Source: the human T2T-CHM13v2.0 reference genome, Homo sapiens
NCBI RefSeq assembly: GCF_009914755.1
Contig: NC_060928.1
DNA length: 64,000 nucleotides
Direction: 5' to 3' (one strand)
Below the pieces are notes generated by a model. That model saw only the letters and a list, made by a program, of their open reading frames with translations. It made no database searches and had not been told where the DNA came from. Shown in pieces: positions 41,201-64,000 of this stretch (within the stretch, counting starts at the first letter, position 1; the number at the start of each line of letters is the position of its first letter). A program made the translations under genes and the position numbers.

Positions 41201-42071
41201 AGCTTTACTCTAAAATATTATATGTCTAATATTGACTCCCCAATATTTTCATACATTTGCTTGTATATCCTGATAGAGTTAGCCTTTTAGAAATAGGAAA
41301 CACTGAAGACTAATTTGTGATTTCAAGTGGGCCATCTGAAATGGCTTGGGTTTTTCACCACCTGGAGAAATAATAGAAGCATATATTCTGTTCGTGGTTT
41401 GGTCCCCCCTAGTGGACATCAAGTAACACTGTAAATTAAAATTCTTACGTAATAATCCAGTGGTCAAAGTAATAGAGACTAGTTGTAGGTTAAACTGAGG
41501 AACTAAAATGGTCATGTTCCTGTGATACATGTGTGATACAGTTCACACATAACTTAGTATCTTTCCATCTATTGTTCAAAATGTGGAGGAAAGACCCTTA
41601 AATAATCTGTAAATCCATGAAGAAAATTATATACTCCCAAAGTTAATGTCTTAATGACTTGAGAAAATTTGAAATAAGACACTTATTTACTTGGAAACCC
41701 TCTTGTTCATTTCTGAGGTAGATAAATAATCATCTATACGTTGTTCCATGAGACTTTTGTAAATTTGGAAATATCTCTTCTGCTTCCTAAAAGACACCTC
41801 ACTCTAAAAGTTTTGCAGTGGCTTCTTAAGTGCACAATAGTATTTCTTAAAGGGAAAGCTCTGTGTTCCCTTATAATGATATCCCTTTGCACATAATCTT
41901 CCACATCTTTCTGAAATAAATGAATAAATGAGAAAATTTAATGGAAAGACTCAGTGAATGTTTAAGGTAATATTTGTGTTTAACAAAATTTGCTGTTAAT
42001 CTACCATTTCTAAAAAACACGTTATTCCTGACCTTAGGGACATACAGTAAACTAAATGAATAGTTATTTTA

Positions 42072-42411
<340 letters not shown>

Positions 42412-43188
42412 CTAATTTTCACAACTCCTTACCAAAAAAAAAGCAGAAATAAGGTTTAATGATTTCAAACTTTCTGAATATTCAATTTACCTTAGAAAAG
42501 ACAATAAAAATAGTCAAAAAGTTTATAGTGGTAAGCCTGCACATTAGGATCTTGGAAAGGTCATCTTCATAGAGCAAAAGAATTCCTAGAAACAAGACTT
42601 TAGGACAATTAAAATGAGCAAAATTTAGTTATAATGACTATAATGTTAGCAAAGGTATACTTTGAAAAAAGGTGACGGTCTCAAGCTATGAAAATATTCA
42701 TACACTTTTTCTTAAGAACTGTTGTCTTGGAAATTTGTCCCAACAGAAAGAAAATTAGAGAGAATGCTGTAAACATCAAAATATTGCTCACAGCATTATA
42801 AAGTAAGAAATTAGAAACAACCTAAACAACAAAAGAAGAATGATTATGTGATTATGAAACTAGGTGAAATTTACTAAAATGCCTATTATTATGAAAACTT
42901 AATGGCATTATAAATAAACACATTAAAAATAAAATTAGGCAATTTCTTGGGAATTAATTTTAGAATTTTTTTTTCATTTCTTTCAGCGTGAAAAAGAAAA
43001 AGTTAAAAAAAAAAAGCAGGAAAAAAAGACTACAAAATACTTAGGTTAAGTAGGGTTTTTGTAGGTAGAAGGAAAAAAGTGATGAACTGCCAGAGCTTGT
43101 GTTTTCTTCAGCATCCAAGAAACATCCTCTGCACCAGAAAGTCAATGTTTCTGTAGCTGATGGAGTGATAATGAAAATGAGTACACAG

Positions 43189-43555
<367 letters not shown>

Positions 43556-43832
43556 CTATGCTCATGAGTTCAAGGCCTGCATACCCTTAGTTCACGATGA
43601 GATCCCCCAAGTATACAAGATGTTGAAGGATGAAAAGAGAAGGAAAGAAGGAAAAAGGAAGGGAGGGCGGGGAGGAGTGAATGGAGTTGCTCTGTGACAT
43701 TGGGAATGGGAGGGATTGCTCTACTTTGGCCATTTCAGCACTCTCCTATGCAAGCAGCCATGGCAAAATGCTGTAACGTAACACAAATGCATTTTATACA
43801 CATAGCTGCAAATTATTTTAGTATTTAGTATT

Positions 43833-44471
43833 AGCTGGGGCTCAGAAAATACTACCCCAACAACTTTGAGCTGAAAGAGATTGGGAGGGCCTCAGAAGCA
43901 AGATGGTCACCCTGACCTTCCCCTACCTTTCTGTGTGAGAGCTGGCCATAAAGAAAAGAAAAGAAAAGAAATTCTCTGACCTACCTTCTGTGAAAGTAGG
44001 TCATAAGACCCTCATTCCAGGGAGGTCCTGCCCCATACTTTTTTTTTTTTTAAAAAAAAAAGGTCTAGGGTCTCACTCTACAGTGCAATGGCGCCATCAC
44101 AGCTCACTGCAGCCTTGACCTGCCCGCCCCATACTTTAGGGAAAGGAATCCTGCACAGAGAGGCCAAGAAGAATCTGAATAGACAGGCCTTCCTGGGTTT
44201 CCCCTGCTCAATCTATTACCATTAGATCATACTCTTTTATCCAATCATATTTCTACACTGCTGTTTATTTTTCATCAAACCTAACCATAGAAATAAACAG
44301 TTTTCCCTGGGTCTTTGGGTCTTCATTTCTGAAGGCTCCTGTGTCACATAAAACTTTGATAACGTAAATGTGTTATGCTTTTCCCTTGTTAACCTGTCTT
44401 TTGTTATAGGAGTTTCAGCTGTTACCCTGATGGTGAATTAGGAAAGGTGTCCCACATTGGGACGCCTACAC
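43833..44471 (+). mobile_element. ERV1-class solo LTR (MER34/MER39-like) containing a short Alu fragment
   Basis: tggggctcagaaaatactacccca...gcctcagaagc...gttatgcttttcccttgttaacctgtc; exact family uncertain. Confidence 0.7.
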
Positions 44472-44552
44472 CACAGGATTTCTTTAGGTCTCAGGTATGA
44501 GAGCCTTATGTAATGTCTAAAGCACTACACAAACATGGTAGCAGTATTAGTA

Positions 44553-45109
44553 GAGTAGTACCCCCTTCTTCGTGGAGGATATGTTCCAAGACTCCGGGTG
44601 GATGCCTGAAACCATAGATAGTACTGAATCCTATATAGACCATGTTTTTCCTATACATACATACCTATGAAAAAGTTTAATTTCTAAATTAGACATAGTA
44701 AGAGATTAACAATAACTAATAATAAAATACAATAAAATAAAAAACAATTCTAATAATATTCCAGCATCACTTCTCCTGCACTGCAGGGCCATTATTAAGC
44801 AAAATAAGAGTTGCTTGAATACAACAACTGTGATGCTGTGTCAATCAATCTGCTGAGAGGGCTAAAGCAAATAACAGGCAGGCAGCCGGTCGCAGCCGCA
44901 GTGTGGATATGCTGGGGAAAGGGATGATTCACGTCCTGGGAGGGAGACAGCAGGATAGCAAAAGATTTTATCACACTATTCAGAACAGTGTGCAATGGAA
45001 GACCACAGAATTTATTATTTCTACAATTTTTCATTTAATATTTTCAGACTACAGTTGATCACAGGTAACAAACAGCAGAAAGCAAAACCGCACAGAGGGG
45101 GAACTACTG
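44553..45109 (-). mobile_element. MER44 (Tigger7-derived) DNA transposon
   Basis: Terminal inverted repeats agtagtaccccc / gggggaactactg, each flanked by TA. Confidence 0.88.
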
Positions 45110-45129
45110 TACTGCTGTTTTTGCAGCAG

Positions 45130-45385
45130 CAATAATAGCTGGGACTTAGAGAGTGCTTACAAAAAAATATAGATGCAGTTTTAAGTGGTATACATACCTA
45201 AATTAGTTCATTTAATCCTTACAACAACCTTACAATGTGGGTTCTATTTTATCCTTATTTTACATATAGGAAAATGAGGCACAGAGAGAGGTTAACTGCC
45301 CAAAGCCACACAATTAGGAAATGGTAGAGTAAGGTTTTAGCCAGTAGTCCTAACTCATAAATCTGTGTGCTTCACCTCTGAGTCT
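45130..45385 (-). mobile_element. MIR
   Basis: catttaatccttacaacaacc...attttaca..ggaaaatgaggcacagagag. Confidence 0.85.
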
Positions 45386-45865
45386 CTTGAAAATAATATT
45401 AGTAATACAGGAATAGTAATAAGAATCTGATACGGAAATGCAGTCACGGGCTACAGAATGACATTTCAGTCAATGATGAACCGCATATACGACAGTGGTC
45501 TCATAAGATTATAACGGAGCCGAAAAATTCCTATCACCTAGTGACGTCTAGCTGTCATAAAGTTGTAGCACAGTTACTATTTTTACAAATTTAGTGTAGC
45601 TTAGGTGTACAGTGTTTCTAAAGTCTATGCTAATGTACAGTGATGTCCTGGGCCCTTACATTCACACACCAATCACTCACTGACTCACCCAGTGATATAG
45701 TCTGGATGTTTCCCCTCTAAATCTCATGTTGAATTGTAATCCCCAATGTTGGAGGTGAGGCCTGGTGGGAAGTCATTGGATCTTGGAGGCAGATCTCTCA
45801 TGATGTGGTGCTGTCCTCACAATAGTGAGAGAGTTTTCATGAGATCTGGTTGTTGAAAAGTGTGT

Positions 45866-46185
45866 GGCTGCAAGGAGCTGTCGCTGACGCCTGTAATTGC
45901 AACACTTTGGGAGGCTGAGTTGCGCAGATGGCTTGAGCTCAGGAGTTTGATACCAGCCTGGGCAACATGGCAATACCTTGTCTCTACAAAAATAAAACAA
46001 AATAGCCGGTCTTGGTGCTGCACACCTGTAGTCCCAGCTACTCAGGAGGCTGAGGTGGGAGGATTATTTGAGCCTGGAAGTTCATGACTTCAGTGAGCCA
46101 AGATCATCCCACTGCACTCCAGCCTGGGCAACCAAGCAAGACCCTGTCTCAAAATAAATAAATAAATAAAATGTAAAAAACATAA
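45866..46185 (+). mobile_element. AluJ-type
   Basis: Diverged Alu; TSD aaaagtgtg. Confidence 0.88.
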
Positions 46186-46360
46186 AAAGTGTGGGGCACA
46201 TTTTCCCCCCACCCCCCACCACTGTCTCTTGCTCCCACTCTTGCCATATAATACACTGCCTCCCTCTTTGCCTTCCACCATGATTGTAAGCTTCCTGAGG
46301 CCTCACCCAAGGCCAAGCAGATGCCCGGCACCATGCTTCCTGTATAGCCTGCAGAACTGA

Positions 46361-47047
<687 letters not shown>

Positions 47048-48391
47048 TCAGGTATTTCTTTATGGCAATGCAATAATGGCCTAACACACCCAGCAACTTC
47101 CAGTCTAGTAAGCTCCATTTATGGTAAGTGCCCTATACAGTTCTACCATCTTTAAACTTTTATATCATATTTTTACTGTACCCTTTCTGTGTTTAGATAC
47201 ACAAATACTTACCATTGTGTTATAATTGCCTATAGTATTCAGTTCAGTGACATACTATACAGATTTGTAGCCTAGGAGCAATAGACTATGCCATATAGCC
47301 TAGGTGTGTAATGGACTATGCCATCTAAGTTCGTGTAAGTACACCTTATGATTGATGTCCACATGACAAAATCACCTAACTACACAATTCTCAGGATGTA
47401 ACCCTGTCATTCAGCAACACATGACTGCTTATTAAGTGTATACAGTAGAACTAATTATTATAACCCAATTTTGGATAAATTCTACTTTAAAATAACAAAT
47501 ATCACTAACATACATTGTAGACACTGATATTATGTTTTAGATTCATTTTCACATTTGAGAAACCAACCAGCAAAAAAATGCCCTCTTGCAGAATCACTGT
47601 TTCTATATGTTAATATTTAAAATGAAACAAAAAATATGAAAAGGCTCTGCACCAACTTTTAACAAGAAAATAATGTATTTAATCCAAGATCTTCATTTAT
47701 TTATTTTTTAAACTGGTTTTTTTAAGTAGTGAACCCCTTATAATCTTTCAAAGACATTGGATTAAAGGGAGATTTATCTTTTTCTTTAAAAACAGCTTGC
47801 ATGTAAAAGTCTGGAAATTCCCCAGCTCTGGGTGATAAAAGTTCAAGTTTATACAAATGTATCATCCTTTGAATGTGAATTAATTATATCAAACATTAAA
47901 TAATAAGAATTTCAACGTATTTTCAAAGTAAAAGTATCAAATCTGCATATTAACACCATTGACACAATTTAGCACCAATCTTTGTTGTATTTGCTATCAT
48001 TATTTTCCCTTCAATTAAAACGTTTTCCTATTTTATGATTAATTGATTTAGATTTATCTACTATAAGAACATTAATTTTAGTTATATGATCTTATATAGA
48101 GCTCAAGTTACATGAATGTCTTATACCAGAAAGGATAAAAATTGATCTTTTACAAATTGTATCTTTTGCAATTGGTGTGTTTCTAATTTCTTTATACATA
48201 GGCTTATTTGTTTTTAATAAACCTCAAAAATATCAATATAAACGTTAGAGCCAACACCAAAACTATGACAACAGAGTATGTTTTTCAAAGAATGAATGAC
48301 TTTTGAGTAATAGAATAGAAGCAACAGAATAGAATCAACAATTTTGAGGTACCTAGAACTGCATTAGATATTTTAATGTATCATCTTATTT

Positions 48392-48528
48392 CCATGATTC
48401 TCAAAGTGTGGCTACTAGTGCACTTACATAATCAGCAGGGTACTTGTTAGAAATGAAAATTCTCAGACTTACTCAATCTGAAATGCTGGAGGTGAAGCCC
48501 AGCAATCACTGTTTTAACAAGCCTTCTA
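48392..48528. mobile_element. MER5A-like hAT MITE
   Basis: ttctcaaagtgtgg...cttgttagaaatg..aattctcag...gttttaacaagcc. Confidence 0.75.
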
Positions 48529-48599
48529 ACAATCCAATTTAATCTTCACAATTCGAAATTAATAATTTCTGCACTTTACAAACAAAAGTTAACCAACAT

Positions 48600-52998
<4,399 letters not shown>

Positions 52999-53002
52999 CA
53001 GG

Positions 53003-56000
53003 TTCAAGATGACTGACTAGAAATATTATTTGCCAGTTCTCCTCCGAAATAAGAACCAAAATTACAAACAGATTATCGTAACTCGAATAGAATATCAAGG
53101 AGAGAGTACTAGAACCCAATGGAGAGCTCATGGGGAAAAATAAACTGAGGCACAAAAAAAGAAGGAAGGAAGGGGCCAAGTCGGGCCATCAGACGTTGTC
53201 TGGAATCCCTGAGGGACCTGGCATTGGGTGGAAAGGGTAAGTGGGAGGGTTTGGGCTCCCCTCACCTCCATGGCAGACTGCTGGTATGTAAACAGTAGGA
53301 GAGCTCTCTGCACTCATGATCCCAGACATTAGTCAGGGCGGTGATTTGGGGACTTCTTGAGGGCATTACACTAGACAGTGATCTTTTGCAGGGGCACTTG
53401 CCTTTTCCCCAGACTCGAGTGTCTGCAGCGAGGCACCATTGTAGGGGCGCAGCTGTTGGGGGACTGAATTCTGCCCAAAGAACCTCAGCCCTTGTGTTTC
53501 CATGTCCTGGAAGCTCCCATAGACGTTCGCTAGCACTCGCTAGGAGGGTGGTAATGGCACAGTAGTGTCTGGACCCAAGGGAGCTTCAGGGTTCCCAGTC
53601 ATCTAACCCTCCGTGGAGCGCTGCTCCTAATGGAAGGGAAAGTACACCACACCAACGGGACAGCTCTTGGGACAAAGGAAACCAAAGTGTATGTTTCCCA
53701 GTACCCAAAAGCTCCCTGCTTGGGGCTGTGATTGGCAGCCCTCCTTCCAACAGACACACTCTATGCTGGGCTCTGCAAGTGAGGAATGAAATCCCATTTC
53801 ACCAGCTGAGCAGCCTCAGTACTTGAGCCTGACATAGAGAAGGAGATTTCTCCTCTCTCTCTGCTCACAACTGCTGACGCGACTGTCGCTGCCAACAAGA
53901 AGTTAGCACAAGCAAGCAGAGGGGGCAGCCTGCCTGGGCCTGTGAGGGGAGACTGCATCCCCATGGGCAATGTGACCTCTGGGCCCAGATTAGCAAGAAA
54001 GGCAGAACCCCTTCCTCTCTCTGCACAGAACTGTGAAGGAGAACAGGAGGGCCAAGGAGCTGTGTGTTTGGGACTGTGGGGGAAGACTGCACTGCAGCCA
54101 TTTCCAGACAGCACAGAGGCTTAGTGTTGAGCCACAAGGTAGGCATCTCCTACAGTTCTGGGCTACATTGCAGCTTAGTAATAAACAGCTGTGTCTGACC
54201 AAACTGAATATCCAGAGCATCTGGATGGAAACATGACAGGGAAATAAATCACATTAATGTATGCTGAGGCCATGGTACTGGGACACCCCCTATCTGCCCT
54301 GCAGAGAGCTCAGTGTGTTTCACCAGGGGTCCAATGACTCCTCTGCCACCTTTGTCAGGGCTGGTGCTTGCACCCACCATTGGAGGACCAGAGGGCAGGC
54401 CTGCCTGGTCCAGCTCTACCCAGCTTTACCGTCACCTCCCTGAGGATGAGCATGGAGCCCAGGCCACTGTGCTTTCACAGACCAGTCCCTTGCCAGAAGC
54501 ATCAGAGAGCTTCTCCCAGTAAACAAAGATCTCCTCGTTAACAAAGCATAATTCCTACTGCTACTGCTGCAGCTAGCTGTTACCTACAAGTATCAGTAAC
54601 TGACCTGGAGGTTGAACTACACAATCCAATACAAAATATGCTGACACAAGTACACAGTGCTTGTGAATGAGATAAGCTTCTCAAGACCTCTGCAACTCCA
54701 GTTCTTCAGGAGGTCATAAGCCTGCTCACATGCCCAGTACACAACTACTACAACCAACATTTGATAACCTCACCACACTGAGGCTATCTATAAAGAAGGA
54801 ATTTATACAGCATTTTTGCCACTGAAAGCACCCAGAAGCAAAGCCGAACAACCCTGTTCAATGTACATTGCAGTCACATACTCAAGGGGAATAAAAACAA
54901 GTCATGTCTAAACGACAGTAAATTCAAAAATAACAAGAAATGAATTTCTTCAGATGAGAAGGAGCCAGCATAACAATTCTGGAAGTATGAAAAAACAGGA
55001 TGTTACAGCACCCACTAAGTATCACAGTAACTCTCCAACAGTATATTCTAACCAAAATGAAAATTTTTTGTTTTGTTTTATACTTTTTCATTTTTTATTT
55101 TTCCAAATGAAATTTTGGATATACAAAATAAAGACTTCAAAATATTTATTTTAAAGATGCTCAGTGAGATCCAAGAGAAATCTGAAAACCAATACAAAAA
55201 AAAATCAGAAAATCAATTCAGGATATGAATGAGAAATTTACCGAAGTGATAGATTAAAAAAAAAAGAACTTCTGGAAATGAAAAATTCATAGAAGGAATA
55301 ACAAAATATAGTTTAAACCTTCAACAATAGGCCAGGTGCAGTGGCTCACGCCAGTAATCCCAACTCTTTGGGAGGCTGAGGCCAGGTGTTCAAGACCAGC
55401 CTGGCCAACACGGCGAAACCCCATCTCTACTAAAAATACAAAAATAAGCACGGTGGCACATGCCTGTAGTCCCAGCTACTTGGGAGGTTGAGGCAGGAGA
55501 ACCACTTGAAAGGAGAAAGGAGTTGCAGCAAGCCAAGATCGTGTCACTGCACTCCAGCGTGGGTGACAGAGCAAGACTCCATCTCAAAACAAAACACAAA
55601 AACCTTCAACAGTAGACTAGACCAAGCAGAAGAAAGAATTTCAGAACTTGAAAACAGATCTTTCAAATTAATTCAGTCAGACAAAAATAAAGCAAAAGAG
55701 GATTTTTAAAAATGAAGGCTTCCAGGAACAATGAGACTATGTAAAACATCTGAACCTACAAATCATAGGTATTCCTGAGAGAGAAGAAAAAGGCAAAAGT
55801 TTGGAAAATCTATTTGAGGATATAATTGTGGAAAACTTCCCTAGTCCAGCAAGAGATCTAGACATGGAGCTGTAAAAGCCTCAGAAAACTCCAGGAAAAT
55901 ACATTGCAAGAAGGACTTCACCATGACATTTAGTCATCAGACTGTCTAAGTTCAACGTGAAGGAAAAATTTTTCATATCAGCAAAAGAAAAGCATGTAAT

Positions 56001-57807
56001 CACCTATAAAGGAAACCCTATCAGACTAATAGCAGATTTCCCAGCAGAAACCCTACAAGCCAGAAAAGATTGAGATTCTATTTTCAAAATACTTAAAGAA
56101 AAAAACTGTCAAGCAGAAATTTTATATCCTGCTAGAATAAGCTTCATTAAGAGACGGAGAAATAGTCTTTTCCAAACAAGCAAATACTGAGGGAATTTGT
56201 CACCACTACACCAGTCCTACAAGAAAGGTTCAAAATGTTCTAAACATGGAAACAAAAGGTCAATAATCACCATCATAAAAACACATGAAAGTATAAAACT
56301 CATATGTCTTATAGAGCAATTACACAAATGAAGAAAAGAAAGAAATCAAATGGCAACATGACAGAACACCAGACCACAAAGACAAAACAAACAGAGGAAA
56401 AGTAAATAAAGAATCTGCAAAGCAACTAGATAACAATTAACATTATGACAGGGACAAAACTTCACATACCAATATTAACCTTGCATTTAAATGGATTAAC
56501 CGCTCTATTTAAAACATTCAGTTTGGCAGAATGGATATAAAAACATGAATCAACTATAGATGGCTTGTAAGAAACTCACCTTACTCATAAAGACACTTAA
56601 TAGACTGAAGGTAATGGGATGGGAAAAGATATTCCACACAAATGGAAACCAAAAGTAAGCAGGAGTAGCTATACTTATATTAGATAAAACAGATTTTAAA
56701 TCAGAAACAGTAAAAAAAAAAAAAAGATAAAGAAGGTCATTATATAATGATAAAGGGATCAATTCAACAAGAAGACATAACAATCCTAAGTATATATTTA
56801 GCCAACACTGGAGCACCCAGATTCATAAAACAAATATTACTGGACTATTGTACTTTAGACCAAATGGACACAACAGACATTTACAGAGCATTCTATCTAA
56901 CAACTGCAGAACATAAATTCTTCTCATCAGTACACTAAACATTCTCCAAGAAGACTATATATGTTAGGCCACAAAAAAGCTTCAATAAATTTTTAAAAAT
57001 CAAAATCACATCAAGTATCTTCTCAGATAATAGTGAAAAAAAACTAGAAACCAATTGCAAGAGGAACTCTCACAACTATATATACACATGGCAACTAGAT
57101 TACCTGCTCCTGTACAATCTTTGGGTCAATGACAAAATTAAGACAAATTTAAAAAATTTTTGAAACAAATGAAAATGGAGACACAATATGCCAGAAAAAT
57201 CTGGGGTACAGCCAAAGCAGTGCTAAAAGGAAAGTTTATAGATAGCCTTCAATGCCTGCATTAGAAAATAGATCACAAATTAACAACCTAGTGACACACT
57301 TCAAGCAACTAGAAAAACAAGAACAAACCAAACCCAAAGCTAGCAGAAGAAAAGACATAACAAAGATCAGAGCAAAACTAAACAAAATGGAGACAAAAAA
57401 AAAAAAAAAAATACAAAAGAACAGTAAAATGAAAAAATGGTTCTTTGAAAATATAAAACAAATTGATAGATTGTTAGCTAGACTAACCAAGAAAAGAGAA
57501 GGTTCAAATAAATACAATCAGAAATGAAAAAGGAGATATTACAACTGACACAGAAATTTAAAAGATCATCAGAGACTGCTATGAACAACTCTGTGCTCAC
57601 AAACTAGAAAACCTAGAGGAAATGGATAAATGCCTGGAAACATACAACCTCCCAAGGTTGAACTAGGAAGAAATAGAAAGCCTGAACAGACCAATAATGT
57701 GTAGGGAGATTGACTCAGTACTAAAAATTCTACCCGCACCCCCGCCCCAAAAAAAAAGAAAAAACAGGAGCAGATAGATTCACAGCCAAATTCCACCAAA
57801 CATACAA
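53003..57807 (+). mobile_element. Older L1 (L1PB/L1MA-age) with long 5' UTR, ORF1 and 5' ORF2; 3' half missing; Alu at about 55330-55600
   Basis: Starts caagatg (YY1-type); ORF1 remnants at about 54950-56275; ORF2 from atgacaggg at about 56445; stops at ccaaacatacaa. Confidence 0.85.
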
Positions 57808-57808
57808 G

Positions 57809-62159
<4,351 letters not shown>

Positions 62160-62307
62160 ATGAATAATATATCGTGTAAAAGATTTCTAATCAATAATTT
62201 TTTAAAAAGCACTCTTGAAATCCAAAGGCAAAAAGACAAATTACTCAATCTAAAAATAGGCAAAATACTTAGACATTTCGCCAAAGAAAATATATAAGTA
62301 GCCAACA
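62160..62307 (+). mobile_element. Old L1M ORF2 3' fragment
   Basis: aaaaataggcaaaatacttagacatttcgccaaagaaaatatataagtagccaa; probable continuation of 48600-52998. Confidence 0.6.
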
Positions 62308-62885
62308 TGATAGGAAATATTAGGTGTCAACTTGATTGGACCAAGGGCTGCCTAAATAGGTAGTAAAGTATTGTTTCTGGATGTATCTGTGAGGGTATTG
62401 CTAGAGGAGACTGACATTTGTGTCAGTGGGCTGGGAGAAGAAGACCCACCCTCAATGTGGGTGGGCACACTAGCCACTGCCAGAGTGGCAAGAATAGAGC
62501 AGGTGGATGATGGTGGGATAAGTTTGCTTGCTGAGTCTTCTGGTTCTCTTTCTTCTTCTTATGCCGAATTATTGCTTTTGTTCCTCCTGTCTTTGCACAT
62601 TAAACTCCAGGTTCTTCAGCCTCCGTACTCTGGGACATGCACCAGCAGCTTTCCAGGGGTTATCAGGTCTTCAGGCACAGGCTGAAGCACTGTCGGTTTC
62701 TCTGGATTTGAGGCTTGTGAACTTGGATTGAGCCACTACCAGCTTCTCTCTTTCCTTGGCTTGCAGATGGCCTATCATGGGACTTCACCTTGTGATCATG
62801 TGAGCCAATTCTCGCTAATAAACTCTTTCTTATATATACATATATCCCATTTGTTCTGTCCCTCTGGAGAACTCTGACTAAAAGA
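62308..62885 (+). mobile_element. MLT2 (ERV-L) 5' LTR
   Basis: gtgtcaacttgattgg...gttctgtccctctggagaactctgactaa. Confidence 0.9.
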
Positions 62886-63010
62886 GATGTTGGTACCAGG
62901 GGTGGTTCTAGAGGAACAGAATTTTAAGGATGAATTTCCTTAATTGGTTTTGTCATTTCTGGAGTTAGCTCTCTAATCTGATTAGACCTAAAAATGCTAA
63001 GGACTTTACT
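62886..63010 (+). mobile_element. HERV-L internal start with Leu-type PBS
   Basis: tggtaccaggggtggttctagagg directly after the LTR. Confidence 0.85.
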
Positions 63011-64000
63011 TTGTTTTTTCTTCTCATTTTACTTTAAGTTCTGGGATACATGTGCAGAACATGAAGGTTTGTTACATAAGTACGCATGTGCCATGGTGGT
63101 TTGCTATACCTATCAACCCATCATCTAGGTTTTAAGCCCCACATGCATTAGGTTTTTGTCCTAATGCTCTCCCTCCCCTTGCCCCCCATCCCCTGACAGG
63201 CCCCTGTGTGTGATGTTCCCCTCCCTGTGTCCACGTGTTCTCATTTTTCAACTCCCACTTAGGAGTAAGAACATGCAGTGCTTGGTTTTCTGATCCTGTG
63301 TTACTTTGCTGAGAATAATGGCTTCCAATTTCATCCACATTCATGCAAAGGGCATGAACACATTCTTTTTATGGCTGCATAGTATTCCATGGTGTATATG
63401 TGCCACGTTTTCTTTATCCAGTCTATCATTGGTGGGCATTTAGGTTGGTTTCAAGTCTTTGCTATTGTAAATAGTGCTGCAATAAACATACGTGTGCATG
63501 TGTCTTTATACTACAATGATTCATAATTCTTCGGGTATGCATCCAGTAATGGGATTGCCGGGTCAAATGGTATTTCTGGTTCTAGATCCTTGAGGAATTA
63601 CCACACTCTATTCCACAATGGTTAACTAATTTACACTCCCACCAACAGCGTAAAAGCGTTCCTATTTCTCCACAGTCTTGCCGGCATTGGTTGTTTCCTG
63701 ACTTTGTAATAATCACCATTCTAACTGGCATGACATGGTTTCTTATTGTGGTTTTGATTTGCATGTCTCTAATGACCACAGTTGATGAGCTTTTCTTCAT
63801 ATGTTTGTTGGTTGCATAAATGTCTTCTTTTGAGAAGTATCTATTCATATTCTTCTCTCGGTTTTTGATGGGGTTGTTTTTTTCTCATAAATTTGTTTAG
63901 GTTCCTTGTAGATTCTGGAAATTAGACCTTCATCAGATGGGTAGATTGCAAAAATGTTCTCTCATTCTGTAGGCTGCCTGTTCACTCTGATGATAGTTTC
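63011..64000 (-). mobile_element. L1PA (about PA7/PA8) 3' end, continues past window
   Basis: T-rich tail, 3' UTR catgtgcagaac...ccatggtggtttgc, ORF2 C-terminal remnants. Confidence 0.92.

Noticed and set aside
62328-62348. DUX4 site in the MLT2 LTR
   Set aside because: Reads TGATTGGACCA; the second half-site is absent.

Overview
Primate (human or great-ape type) genomic DNA, dominated by transposable elements. I found no protein-coding exon I can support. 1-18.6 kb: a minus-strand HERV-H element whose 5' LTR starts at about the R region, joined to a THE1 LTR plus internal sequence, then nested old L1s and a full-length L1PA3-type element. 18.6-48.6 kb: AT-rich, mostly unique DNA with Alus, MaLR LTRs, MIRs and DNA transposons. 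It also holds a near-complete ancient LF-SINE, a candidate TATA promoter with spliced non-coding exons, and CTCF-like motifs. 48.6-64 kb: nested L1s, including two convergent 3'-truncated copies fused mid-ORF2, then an MLT2/HERV-L start. Best leads: (1) the HERV-H looks like an L1-mobilised processed retrocopy lying downstream of a THE1 LTR with a DUX4 motif; (2) the L1PA3 has about 90 bp of extra 5' sequence inside its apparent TSDs and a 190-aa read-through ORF0; (3) the LF-SINE. Repeat families were called by eye from remembered consensus sequences; boundaries are approximate unless exact bases are quoted.
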